Numbered from the stretch's first letter, positions 1-9,846 are shown. The stretch: DNA of 49,789 bases from Armatimonadota bacterium (GCA_036504955.1 DASXUI010000430.1:1-49789), one strand, 5' to 3'. The notes: a model not told the origin generated them from the letters alone. Numbers and translations are program-made.

Positions 1-1
1 C

Positions 2-175
<174 letters not shown>

Positions 176-256
176 CCTACCCCCACCTGAGCCACGGAGC
201 GCGAGGACCCACGTCCCCGCCTCCGTGGCTTAGCTTTCCCTACTCCGGCACTCCCC

Positions 257-1690
257 ATGACCTCCTTAGCAAGCTGGCGGCGGCGCACCAAGATCGTGTG
301 TACGCTCGGGCCCGCCACCTCCACCCCGGCCGCGCTGCGTGGCCTTCGCCAAGCCGGCATGAACATCGCCCGCCTCAACTTCTCCCACGGCGACCACGAC
401 CAGCACGCGGAACGGATCCGCCTGATCCGGCAGCTCCGCGAGGAGACGGGGCGGCCCATCGCCCTGCTTCAGGACCTCTCCGGCCCGAAAATCCGCATCG
501 GCGCCGTCGCGGTGGGCGAGGTCTGCCTGCGACGAGGCCAAACCTTCACACTGACAACCCGCCCGGTCCCCGGCGACGCGGCCTGCGTCCAGGTCAGCAT
601 GCCAGAGATTCTCCGGGCCCTGGTTCCCAAGTGCCGAGTGTTCATCGACGATGGGCTCATTGAGCTTCAGGTCCTCTCCCGCGACGAGGAGGAGGCACTG
701 ACGCGTGTGGTCACCGGCGGAGTCATCAGCTCGCACAAGGGGCTTGTGGTGCCGGGCGTTGACCTGGACTTGCCCAGCCTGACGGAGAAGGACCGACAGG
801 ACCTGCGCTTCGGGCTGGACCAGGGCGTGGACTGGGTCGCGGCGTCCTTCCTGCGAACGCCCGAGGACGTGCTGGTCGTGAAGCGGGCGATCCAGGACCT
901 GGGTCACTCAACACCAGTGATCGCCAAGATCGAGACCGGCGCCGCCGTCCGTAACATCGACGGCATCCTGGCCGCGGCCGACGGCGCCATGGTCGCTCGC
1001 GGAGACCTGGGTGTGGAGCTGCCCGTGCATCTGGTGCCCGGCATCCAGAAGTCGATTATCCGCAAGTGCAACCGGCTGGGCAAGCCCGTGATCACGGCCA
1101 CGCAGATGCTGGACTCCATGATGCGCAACCCTCGGCCCACCCGCGCGGAAGTGACCGACGTCGCGAACGCTGTTCTTGACGGCACGGACTGCGTGATGCT
1201 CTCCGGCGAGACGGCCGCCGGCCGGTACCCCCTCGACGCGGTGCGGATGATGAGCCGCATCGTTCTGGAGGCGGAGTCCAAGCTGAACCACGACGCCCTC
1301 CTGTACCAGCGCCATGGCGAAGACGCCGAGACCGTCACGGACGCCATCAGCCAGGCGGCGGCCGAGCTGGCGAGGGACCTGGGCGCGAAGGCCATCCTGG
1401 CGGCGACCAGCACCGGCTACACGGCTCGCATGGTCTCTCGATACCGGCCCAAGGTGCCCATAATCGGGGTGACCAGTTGTGAGAGGGTCTACCGTCAGCT
1501 TCAGCTTGTGTGGGGAGTGCGGCCCTGGCTCAGCCCGCCGGCCCGCGATACGGATGAGACCATCCAACGCGCGGTGGAGGTCGCCACCCAGTCCGGGCTG
1601 GTGAAGGCTGGCGACATGGTGGTGATCACGGCCGGCATCCCATCCGGCATCTCCGGCCACACGAATCTGATAAAAGTTCAGACCCTCTAG
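257..1690 (+). CDS. pyk: Pyruvate kinase
   Basis: RRTKIVCTLGPA, ARLNFSHG, DLSGPKIR, IAKIE, MVARGDLGVE, ITATQMLDSM, PTRAEVTDVANA and MLSGETA motifs. Confidence 0.98.
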   Translation: MTSLASWRRRTKIVCTLGPATSTPAALRGLRQAGMNIARLNFSHGDHDQHAERIRLIRQLREETGRPIALLQDLSGPKIRIGAVAVGEVCLRRGQTFTLTTRPVPGDAACVQVSMPEILRALVPKCRVFIDDGLIELQVLSRDEEEALTRVVTGGVISSHKGLVVPGVDLDLPSLTEKDRQDLRFGLDQGVDWVAASFLRTPEDVLVVKRAIQDLGHSTPVIAKIETGAAVRNIDGILAAADGAMVARGDLGVELPVHLVPGIQKSIIRKCNRLGKPVITATQMLDSMMRNPRPTRAEVTDVANAVLDGTDCVMLSGETAAGRYPLDAVRMMSRIVLEAESKLNHDALLYQRHGEDAETVTDAISQAAAELARDLGAKAILAATSTGYTARMVSRYRPKVPIIGVTSCERVYRQLQLVWGVRPWLSPPARDTDETIQRAVEVATQSGLVKAGDMVVITAGIPSGISGHTNLIKVQTL

Positions 1691-1821
1691 CCCCAAGGGA
1701 CCGCCCTTACGGCGTTGAACTGAGGGGTATTGGGAAGCGGCGCTCCGACCTGTGTGGGGGCCGCCGGCCGGCGCTCAGCGAGTCCCCAGCACCACACCTG
1801 CCGTTCCAAGGAGTAGCACCG

Positions 1822-2205
1822 ATGCCGAGGAAGCCACTGGAGCCCATCTTCGTTAGCGCGGACAAGCCGGTGCCGCACGTCCGCCGGCCGCCCAGGCGCC
1901 GGCGACCGAGGGCAAGTCAGTGGGCCTGGCGGATCGGTATCGCGGGGAGCCTGGCCGCGGCCTCCCTCGTAACGGCGGCCAACATGTCTGTCCCCTTCCG
2001 CGCGAACCTGCGTGCCCACGGAGAGCTTCAGGAGATGAGGCAGGCGGTCGCCCAAAAGGAGCGAGAGCAGGCCGCGCTTCAGCAGCAGCTTCAACTCCTG
2101 AAGACGGATCAGGGTCGGGAGATAGAAGCCCGAAAGCAGAACCTGATCCGGCCCGGCGAGACCCCACTCCACGTCGAGGGGGAGCGCATCCCGCCCGGCG
2201 ACTGA
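1822..2205 (+). CDS. Septum formation initiator, FtsB/DivIC family
   Basis: Basic N-terminus, one TM helix, coiled coil (ELQEMRQAVAQKEREQAALQQQLQLLK) and IEARKQNLIRPGE, matching the E..AR..L....PGE motif. AAGGAG RBS; close to eno, as is common for ftsB. Confidence 0.8.
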   Translation: MPRKPLEPIFVSADKPVPHVRRPPRRRRPRASQWAWRIGIAGSLAAASLVTAANMSVPFRANLRAHGELQEMRQAVAQKEREQAALQQQLQLLKTDQGREIEARKQNLIRPGETPLHVEGERIPPGD

Positions 2206-2209
2206 GATG

Positions 2210-2242
2210 AAAAAAGGGCCGGCATCAGTGGGATGCCGGCCC
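2210..2242 (-). terminator. Intrinsic terminator for the minus-strand PELP-CTERM/propeller genes
   Basis: 11-bp stem GGGCCGGCATC/GATGCCGGCCC with a 5-nt loop, followed on the minus strand by T6. Confidence 0.85.
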
Positions 2243-2334
2243 CATTGTCGTCGCTACAGTATGCGGGCCCCCTACCGCCCCGCTCTGGTGGTCCGCCGAG
2301 TTGGCCCCCCTCGGCGAACACCTGATGCCGCTGC

Positions 2335-2874
2335 TCAGTCCCGCTGCCGGCGTGCTCCTGTCGCGCTTCCACTAGGACTCGCGCGTCGCAAGAGGCACCC
2401 CAAGGGCAGTAGGGCACCCAGCCAAGCGACCATCGACGCGGGAAGTTCAGGAGTGGGGGTGGTAGGCTCCACCGTGACCACGAAGGGCTGTACCGCCAAG
2501 GCGTCTTGGTCGCTGAAGCCGGCCCCGCCCAAGACGGTCAGGAAGCCCACCGAGTCGCCCACGGAGGCCCCACTTCCCAGTGTCACCCGCAGGAGCTCGC
2601 CCGACCAGGTGTCGCTCTGGGCCATCAGGAATGGAGCTCCCAGCAGGAACGGGTCGAGGTCCACCGTGAGGTCCGCCGACAGGCCGCCCACGCTCGCGCC
2701 ATTCAGGTACAGGGGGTCGGGCCCCAGGTTCGTGAGCGTGCCTGAGTAGGTGAGGGTCTGACCCACCTGACCGCTCATTCCCGCCGCGTCGAAACTCAGC
2801 ACAAGCTGCGCCTGTGCTGCCCCACTCACTACGAGTAGCAGCCCCAGGACCGCCACGAACGCACGGATACGCAT
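2335..2874 (-). CDS. Secreted/surface protein with a PEP-CTERM-like C-terminal sorting signal (PELP variant)
   Basis: Signal peptide ending AAQA; beta-rich body; C-terminal TPELP + hydrophobic helix + basic tail (LLRR...RRQR). Strong GAAGGAGG RBS. Confidence 0.75.
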   Translation of the reverse strand: MRIRAFVAVLGLLLVVSGAAQAQLVLSFDAAGMSGQVGQTLTYSGTLTNLGPDPLYLNGASVGGLSADLTVDLDPFLLGAPFLMAQSDTWSGELLRVTLGSGASVGDSVGFLTVLGGAGFSDQDALAVQPFVVTVEPTTPTPELPASMVAWLGALLPLGCLLRRASPSGSATGARRQRD

Positions 2875-2914
2875 GTCTGTCCTCCTTCGCCTAGCGGCGA
2901 TTCCCGCCTATTCC

Positions 2915-4843
2915 CTAGGGGAGCAGGACGTTCCTGAAGAGGTACGTCCCATAGGACTGCACGTGGCCGGAGAGGTCCAGCACGCTGGCGCCGACACCCA
3001 GTGCCACGCTGCTCCCTGGCTGTCCGGCCGATGAGGGGAAGATGATCGTGGCGCCGACTGTCCCCAACAGGAAGGGGAAGCGGATAGGCCATCCGGATTC
3101 GAGAGCTGAAGCGGGAACTAGGGCCGCGCCCAAGCGGGCACCGGTCACATCAACGACCGGCAGCGCGGTGGAGCCGCCGTTGGTGATCTCAATGTCGACC
3201 TCGTAGGCGCCAGTGGCCGTGCGCCGGGTTGCCAGATGCCTGACCACCACCGTGGGTGACGAGGGACCAGGGGTTGAGAACGACCCACTGCCAGCGGCCA
3301 CGCCGTCTGTCCCCGCCGACCGCACTCGGTATCTGTAGGCTGTGCCTGAGATCAGCCCCGTCAGCACCATGGCATGGTCCAGCGTGAGGACCGGGGAGTA
3401 GGTCGAGCTGCCCAGCGATGCTGTGGTGCCGTAGTCCACACGGGAGTCCGAGGCGGCGGTAGTGGACCATCGGACTCGGACAGAGGTCTGGGAGAGGGTC
3501 TCCACCCGCAGCGCGGATATCCCAGCGGTCCTGAACCTAAGGCAAGACGTCATGGACGGGCCGCTGGCGGGGAAAGTAAGAGCCGCCCCCAGGAAGGCTC
3601 CAGTGCTGCCATCGAAACTCAGCACTTTCGGCGTAGCCTCCTGAACCACGTAGAGCCTTAGGTCCGGGCCGAATGCCAGGCCCAGCGGGTGGCTCAGGCC
3701 CCCGCGCCCCCTGGTTACCAGCTCGCTAACAAAGGCTCCGGTCTGGCCATCGAACCTGACCACGTTGGACGAGTTGTAGCCGGTAACGTAGAGGTCGCCG
3801 TTAGGGCCAAAGGTCAGGTCGTAGGGGTAGATCAGGTGGCCGGCAGGCGCGAAGACGGCGCCGTTGTTCCCCGGGCTCGGTAGCGGATCACCAGTTCGCC
3901 CATTGAAGCGCAGAATGTTGCTAGCGTCGCCATTTGCCACATACAGATTGCCGTCTGGCCCAAAGATCATGCCGTTGGCATTGACTATGCCACCCGAACC
4001 GGGCAGCACGAGATACCCCTTCCGGGCGCCTGTTCTGCCGTCAAACCTGAGGACACCCGATGAAACGTGGAGCGCAGCGTAGTAGTCGCCATCTGGCCCA
4101 AAGGCTGCGCCGCTCACTTGCCAGAGGTCAGGGGCCTTGGGGATGAAGAGCCCTTTGTAGGCCCCGGTTCGGCCATCGTAACGGAGGACGCCATAGGGAG
4201 TCTCGTCGACCTGTGAGCCCCGACTGACAAGGTAGAGGTCGCCGTCAGGGCCGAAGGTGATGTTCATTGGGAGGAACAGAGGGCTCCCCGGCTTTACGAA
4301 GTCCTCCATCGCCCACCCGGTGGCTGAGCTCACGTGCAGAAGGGTGTCGCCGGTGCCGAAGGCCGTCCCCACGAATAGGTCGGCTGAAGCAGGCAGGGCT
4401 GAGCCTATGGGGAGAGCACCCAGGCGGTACACGGCGACGTCAGTCCAGATGTCAGGGCTGTTGTCCCCAGGAGCCCAGTCGTGGGCGAACAAACGGATCT
4501 GACCATGGTCCAGCGTCAACTCGGTGACCGGCGCTACAACGCGGGTCGCCACGCCCGAAACGCCATCGCCCGCATACGCCACGCCGCTCACCCCGCCTTG
4601 AGGGCCGTAGCCCATCACGGTGACCCGGTATCGCCCTGTCGGGAGCGAGAGCACGAGGGGACCAGGCTGGATGACGGCCGGATAGCGGAAGGGGTTGAGG
4701 AAGTCGGGCTGGCCGTCCGGCCCGCCCGCGGCGTTGAAGCGATAGTTGATACGGTACGAATCTACGTACTCGGGGGTTGAGGCAGTACACCACGGAGCTG
4801 CCGTCCCCAGAATCACCAGCAGGGTGATCGCTTTGCGGCGCAT
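2915..4843 (-). CDS. Secreted NHL/Vgb-type beta-propeller protein with an FN3-like domain and a C-terminal beta domain
   Basis: Signal peptide; five FGP(D/N)..(L/Y)Y repeats alternating with V(L/V)R(F/Y)DG.TGA; FN3-like SVRVRWSTT...SRVDYGTT...LTGL.SGT.YRYRVRS. GGAGG RBS. Confidence 0.85.
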   Translation of the reverse strand: MRRKAITLLVILGTAAPWCTASTPEYVDSYRINYRFNAAGGPDGQPDFLNPFRYPAVIQPGPLVLSLPTGRYRVTVMGYGPQGGVSGVAYAGDGVSGVATRVVAPVTELTLDHGQIRLFAHDWAPGDNSPDIWTDVAVYRLGALPIGSALPASADLFVGTAFGTGDTLLHVSSATGWAMEDFVKPGSPLFLPMNITFGPDGDLYLVSRGSQVDETPYGVLRYDGRTGAYKGLFIPKAPDLWQVSGAAFGPDGDYYAALHVSSGVLRFDGRTGARKGYLVLPGSGGIVNANGMIFGPDGNLYVANGDASNILRFNGRTGDPLPSPGNNGAVFAPAGHLIYPYDLTFGPNGDLYVTGYNSSNVVRFDGQTGAFVSELVTRGRGGLSHPLGLAFGPDLRLYVVQEATPKVLSFDGSTGAFLGAALTFPASGPSMTSCLRFRTAGISALRVETLSQTSVRVRWSTTAASDSRVDYGTTASLGSSTYSPVLTLDHAMVLTGLISGTAYRYRVRSAGTDGVAAGSGSFSTPGPSSPTVVVRHLATRRTATGAYEVDIEITNGGSTALPVVDVTGARLGAALVPASALESGWPIRFPFLLGTVGATIIFPSSAGQPGSSVALGVGASVLDLSGHVQSYGTYLFRNVLLP

Positions 4844-5345
4844 CAGGACTCGCCTCCGTTCCTGAGGGGCATGGAACAGCTAGACCCGCGGGCCCAGAGC
4901 CTAGTGGAGCGCGCGACGCGGAGTAGGCCAGCAGGCGAGGAAGCGCCAGGGGGATAGCCTGCGCCATTGACGAGAGCTGGTGGAAGCCTGCGCCATGCAC
5001 GACGCGCAAGCGCCTCGTGCGCCAATTGGGTTAGGCCTCACCAAGATACCCCCAGCCTGTGTCAGCGCCCATGCTTGCGCTGCCTCATCTGGAGCCTACG
5101 CCCACTTCCTCGCCATGTATCCTAGTTCAGGGCCAACGGACAAGCAATCCGTAGATCCCCGCAAAAGGCAGGCGGCGGCTCGGGCGAGTGCCCTTCGGCC
5201 GGCCCCCACCATCACCGCCCGTCGAAGACCCGCGCCTATTAGCTGCTGCTTCCTGCGCGCGGGAGCCGGCAGCTTCCCACGAACGCCCACGTCGGCGATT
5301 CCGAATGTGGACTGGGGGAGGCACTGCCGGTCGAGGCGCTCTCGG

Positions 5346-7025
5346 CTAGAGCGCCTCGCCGCAGACCCACAGCCTATCGCCGTCCGCGGCAACGCTCCAC
5401 GGCCTAAGGCGGCCTCTGAGATCGAGCCACCGCTGGCCACTACCGTCCGGGTGGAGCACCAGCACGCGCTGACCATGGTGGTCCGGTATGTAGAGCTCGC
5501 CCACAGGACCCAGCGATAGACGCCCCGGGTTCGGAATGCCCGTAGGCAGGTCACGCAGAAGGGTTCCGTCCAGGGACCACTCCTCAACCGTGGGGCCGGG
5601 GGCACCCTCGCGCGCGAGGTAAGCTCTGTCCTGGGACACAGCCAAGGAGTTAAAGATGCCCCGATGGGATGCCCTGACATCCTGCGCCACCACACCCCCA
5701 TCCACTTCGCCTGATATGGTTCCCACCCAGCAGCCCGCCGCGTTCTCAGCGCTGAAGTAGAGCCGGCCTTGGGGATCGGAGGCGACCTGGCGCATGATGC
5801 CCCTGGCCAGGCGGCTCACGTGAGCGCCTCCCCGGCCAAACAGTAGCAAGCCATCGGTTAGGAGGCCGCTGGTCGCGGCCAGCCCTCCCTCCGGAGAGAA
5901 AGCAAGGGACAGGCTACCGATGAGCCGGCAGGAGATGTGTGGGGCTCCGGCGAAGGACCGGACGTAGCCGCCCTCGGGAGTGAACTCGGCTACGGCACCT
6001 CGGTTGAGCCCGTCCTGCGGCGCGTAGTCGTAGGCCGCGTAGAGATGCCCAGGCGTGAAGCCGCCAGCCGCCGCGCGCCGCGGCGCCACCACGATGCTCC
6101 GAGCGACTCCAATAGCACCCTCCCCCATGCTGCGAAGCACCCGTCCCGAAGGGGCAAGCTCCAGGATGGCCCCTCGGCGTTGCAGCGCGATCCCATCCCC
6201 CTCCAGTTGCCGTGCGGACAGGCCACACAGCAGCATCGCCAGCAGGCCGAACTCCGCCAAGGGACGCATCCCTGCTTGCTCTACGGCCTCGCGCCATCCA
6301 CCGGCCTCGCCGCACAGCATCCTCAGCCGTCCCCCCTCGCGGTCCCCTCGCTGAGAGGAAACCCGGAGCAGGTCCAGGGCCTCCGGCTGGAGGAGGCCCA
6401 GCTCGACGGCCCTCGCTACAGCCTTCAGAGGGCCGCGCACCCCCAGCTTGCGGTAGGCGCGCTGCAGATGGGTCTCAACCGTGCGCGGGGAGATCCCTAG
6501 AGAGCGTCCTATCTTGGAGTAGCTTTCGCCGTCGGCGGCTGCGCGCAGCACCTCCACCTCGCGTTTGGACACCCCCAGAGCGCTGGACTGGGAGGAGGGA
6601 ACGTGTCGCGCGTCTCCGGACAGGAGCGTATGGGCGAGAAGCTGGATCGACAGCCCATCGTCGAGGATGGAGGCTGCCGAGGCCAGCAGGTCTCCCATCG
6701 CCGGGTAGCCCTTGACGAGGTGGAGGGCTCTGTGGCAGAGCTCCGCGAGGGCATCGAGCTCTCGGCTGGAGCGCGACAGAGCCTCTGGTCTCGGGGCTGA
6801 GACCGTCGTCGCGAAGGTGGCGCGCGGTTTGGGGCTGTCCGCCGGAGCCAGTCGCGACGACAGACACTCAGCAGCCAGCAGCAGTGACGTGATCAGCCCG
6901 TCATCGGCCGCATCAGTCGGGGTGGAGCCCTCGCCGTGTTTGGGTGTCATGGCACAGGGGATAGGGCCAAGTCCAGTGGACCTCCGGGCCGGGATCAGGC
7001 GCCCGGCAGCACTCGCCTCCTCCAC
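5346..7025 (-). CDS. LuxR-type HTH regulator fused to a C-terminal NHL-like beta-propeller (start codon uncertain)
   Basis: SKREVEVLRAAADGESYSKIGRSLGISPRTVETHLQRAYRKLGV is a LuxR/GerE HTH. The C-terminal half has blade-like repeats (LAFSPEGGL, VASDPQGRLYF, LSLGPVGELYI, SVAADGDRLWV). Confidence 0.8.
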   Translation of the reverse strand: MEEASAAGRLIPARRSTGLGPIPCAMTPKHGEGSTPTDAADDGLITSLLLAAECLSSRLAPADSPKPRATFATTVSAPRPEALSRSSRELDALAELCHRALHLVKGYPAMGDLLASAASILDDGLSIQLLAHTLLSGDARHVPSSQSSALGVSKREVEVLRAAADGESYSKIGRSLGISPRTVETHLQRAYRKLGVRGPLKAVARAVELGLLQPEALDLLRVSSQRGDREGGRLRMLCGEAGGWREAVEQAGMRPLAEFGLLAMLLCGLSARQLEGDGIALQRRGAILELAPSGRVLRSMGEGAIGVARSIVVAPRRAAAGGFTPGHLYAAYDYAPQDGLNRGAVAEFTPEGGYVRSFAGAPHISCRLIGSLSLAFSPEGGLAATSGLLTDGLLLFGRGGAHVSRLARGIMRQVASDPQGRLYFSAENAAGCWVGTISGEVDGGVVAQDVRASHRGIFNSLAVSQDRAYLAREGAPGPTVEEWSLDGTLLRDLPTGIPNPGRLSLGPVGELYIPDHHGQRVLVLHPDGSGQRWLDLRGRLRPWSVAADGDRLWVCGEAL

Positions 7026-7071
7026 CCTTCCATCGGAGTGTTAGGCGGCCGAGCTTCCTATGGCTTTCCCG

Positions 7072-7101
7072 TTTGTACCAGGGCTCGGCACGGTCTGTCA
7101 A
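7072..7101 (-). promoter_or_regulatory. Possible sigma70 promoter for the LuxR-propeller gene
   Basis: Minus strand TTGACA-N18-TACAAA about 50 nt upstream of the ORF; the -10 is imperfect. Confidence 0.4.
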
Positions 7102-7322
7102 TAGGACCGGCAGCTTACTCCACACCCCAGACGGATCAGGCTGTTGCTCGGGGTGCCTCTTCCGGTAAGGAGCATCGCTCGACCCATCATGGGTCCACTG
7201 GGGGACGCTGATCTGTTGCCCAGACGCGCTCGAGGCGCCGACCGCGGGGACTGACCCCACTGCCGACGCCTCTATGTTGAACCTGGGATGCCGCTCCAAC
7301 TGGAGCAGAGGGTACCGGCTAC

Positions 7323-8402
7323 CTACAGGCCCATGGCCCTCAGCACGGCGGATTCCTCCGCAGGGACCGTGACGGGCTTGGCTACGCTGGCGATGGCGCG
7401 GTCCGGATCCTTGAGGCCGTGGCCCGTAAGCACACAGACGATGGTCGACCCCTCCGGGAAGGGCCTGGCGGCCGACAGCTTCAGCACCCCCGCGACGGAG
7501 GCGGCTGAGGCCGGCTCGCAGAAGACGCCCTCTTCCGAGGCCAGGATGCGGTAAGCCGCAACGATCTCGTCATCCGTTACGGTGCTGATGCTGCCGCCCG
7601 ACTCATCACGGGCGTCCGTGGCTCCCTTCCAGGAGGCGGGGTTGCCGATCTTGATCGCCGTGGCGAGCGTCTTCGGGTGGGCTACGGGCTCACCACGCAC
7701 GATGGGCGCCGCGCCCTCCGCCTGGAAGCCCAGCATCACGGGACGGCTGGCGGTCCGGCCCTTCTCCTGGTACTCCTTGTAGCCGGCCCAGTAGGCGGTG
7801 ATGTTCCCGGCGTTCCCCACTGGGATGGCGTGGTAGTCCGGCGCCCGACCTAGCACGTCGCAGATCTCGAAGGCTCCGGTCTTCTGGCCCTGGATGCGGT
7901 AGGGGTTGATGGAGTTGACCAGCGCGATGGGGTGCTCCGCCGTGATCTTGCGCACGAGGTTGAGGGCCTCGTCGAAGTTGCCTTCGAGGCCGATCACCGT
8001 GGCACCCTCGATGAGAGCCTGAGCCAGCTTCCCCAGCGCGATGGCCCCAGAGGCCTGCTCTAGAAGCACCACGCACTTCATGCCGCACCGAGCGGCGTAC
8101 GCGGCCGCGCTAGCGGAGGTGTTGCCCGTGGAGGCGCACATCACGGCCTCCGCTCCCTCCTCCTTAGCCTTGGAGATAGCCAGCGTCATGCCGCGGTCCT
8201 TGAAGGACCCCGTTGGGTTCAGGCCCTCGTACTTCACGAAGACCTTGCAGCCCCGGCCGACGCGCTTCGCCACGGCGGGCACCTCATTCAAAGGCGTTCC
8301 GCCCTCCAGAAGGGTGACCACCGGGGTCGCCTCGGTAACAGGCAAATGCTCCCGATACTCCTCAATAACCCCCCGCCACTTCCCTCCGGCTGACCGAGAC
8401 AT
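7323..8402 (-). CDS. thrC: Threonine synthase
   Basis: [16 protein letters not shown] (PLP lysine), [33 protein letters not shown] and LTGHGLKDP; downstream of hom. Confidence 0.97.
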   Translation of the reverse strand: MSRSAGGKWRGVIEEYREHLPVTEATPVVTLLEGGTPLNEVPAVAKRVGRGCKVFVKYEGLNPTGSFKDRGMTLAISKAKEEGAEAVMCASTGNTSASAAAYAARCGMKCVVLLEQASGAIALGKLAQALIEGATVIGLEGNFDEALNLVRKITAEHPIALVNSINPYRIQGQKTGAFEICDVLGRAPDYHAIPVGNAGNITAYWAGYKEYQEKGRTASRPVMLGFQAEGAAPIVRGEPVAHPKTLATAIKIGNPASWKGATDARDESGGSISTVTDDEIVAAYRILASEEGVFCEPASAASVAGVLKLSAARPFPEGSTIVCVLTGHGLKDPDRAIASVAKPVTVPAEESAVLRAMGL

Positions 8403-8427
8403 CGCGACCTCACTTCCGCACCACCGA

Positions 8428-8556
8428 TGAGGGGGCTCAGGGGGCTGAAGGGGCTAAGGGGACTTAGGGGGAGGGCCTCAGATGGCCGCCTTGGGTCCTT
8501 CCCCTAAGCCCCTACAGTCCCCTGAGCCCCCTCAGCCCCCTAGCCCCTCAGTCCCT
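8428..8556. repeat. Modular palindromic intergenic element with ~9-nt GGGGCTNAG units
   Basis: Left arm GGGGGCTCAG-GGGGCTGAAG-GGGCTAAGG-GGACTTAGG, hinge AGGGCCTCAG, right arm of complementary CCCCTGAG/CCCCCTCAG/CCCCTAG units. Confidence 0.85.
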
Positions 8557-9846
8557 CTAGTCTTCCACCCGGATCAGGTTGCTGATTGAGTGGACCACTT
8601 CCAGGCGCGTCATCTCTTCCAGGGCCGCGCGCACGTCCATCTCGCGGGCCGGGTGTGTCACCCACACGATCTCGGCGTCCCCCTGGGTTGTCTCGCGCTG
8701 GACCACGGACGCGATGCTTACGTTGTGCTCACCGAAAACGCGTGCGGTATTGGAGAGCACCTTCGGGCGGTCAATCACCTGCATCCTCACGTAGTACTTG
8801 CTGACCACCTCACCGATGGGAATGAGCCGATGGTCTTCGAAGCAGGTGCAACTGATGCGTCCCAGTGACTGGTGGTTGATGTTGCGGCAGATGTCGATGA
8901 TGTCGCCCGCCACCGCGCTGCCCGTGGGCATCATCCCCGCGCCCCGCCCATAGAACATCACGTCGCCCACCGCGTCGCCGTGCAGGAAGACCGCGTTGTA
9001 CACGTCGTTCACGGAGGCCAGCGGGTGCCGGTCATGCACCATCGCCGGGTGCACCCTGAGCTCCATGGCGTCACCGTGCAGCTTGGCGATGGCGAGCAGC
9101 TTGATCGTGTAGCCCAGCCCCTTGGCGTACTCGATGTCAACCTTGCCAATACGTCGAATGCCCTCGTGGAACACTCCGCTGATGGGCACCCGGCTCTGGA
9201 AGGCGATTGCTGAGAGGATGGCCAGCTTGTAGGCCGCGTCGTAGCCCTCCACGTCGTCCGTGGGATCCACCTCGGCGTAGCCCAGCTTCTGAGCCTCGGC
9301 CAGGGTCTCGGCGAAGTCGCTGCCCTCCCGCGCCATCTTCGTAAGGATGTAGTTGGTCGTCCCGTTTACAATGCCGATGATGGAGTTGATGCGATTCCCG
9401 GCTAGGTCGATCTTCAAGGGGCGGATGATGGGAATGCCCCCGGCTACGGCCCCCTCGAACAGGAAATCCACCGGCTTCCTGGCGGCGGAGATCAGAAGCT
9501 CGTGCCCCTCTTTGGCCAGCAGCTCCTTGTTGGCCGTCACCACGCTCTTGCCGTTGCGAATGGCGTGAAGCATGAACTCCTTGGCCGGCTGAAGCCCGCC
9601 GATGGTCTCGGCCACGATGTCGATCTCAGGGTCATCCAGAACCTGGGCGGGATCATCGGTCAGCATGGACCGGTCCACCCACTCCGGACGCTTCTTCGTG
9701 AGATGAGCGACCGCGATTCGCTTAACCACCACCCGGGAGCCAGTGAGCTGGAGGATGCGGTCCTGGTTCTCAGTGAGTACCTTCACGGTCCCACAGCCCA
9801 CGTTGCCCATACCCAGGAATCCGACCCTGATCACCTCTTTGCCCAA
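8557..9846 (-). CDS. hom: Homoserine dehydrogenase with C-terminal ACT domain
   Basis: GFLGMGNVG NAD-binding loop, VVTANKELLA, FEGAVAGGIP, NGTTNYIL, DVEGYDAAYK, GRGAG..PTGSAV and ACT domain DRPKVL. Start placed at TTG 9846 after a GGGGGTG SD-like site. Confidence 0.96.
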   Translation of the reverse strand: MGKEVIRVGFLGMGNVGCGTVKVLTENQDRILQLTGSRVVVKRIAVAHLTKKRPEWVDRSMLTDDPAQVLDDPEIDIVAETIGGLQPAKEFMLHAIRNGKSVVTANKELLAKEGHELLISAARKPVDFLFEGAVAGGIPIIRPLKIDLAGNRINSIIGIVNGTTNYILTKMAREGSDFAETLAEAQKLGYAEVDPTDDVEGYDAAYKLAILSAIAFQSRVPISGVFHEGIRRIGKVDIEYAKGLGYTIKLLAIAKLHGDAMELRVHPAMVHDRHPLASVNDVYNAVFLHGDAVGDVMFYGRGAGMMPTGSAVAGDIIDICRNINHQSLGRISCTCFEDHRLIPIGEVVSKYYVRMQVIDRPKVLSNTARVFGEHNVSIASVVQRETTQGDAEIVWVTHPAREMDVRAALEEMTRLEVVHSISNLIRVED

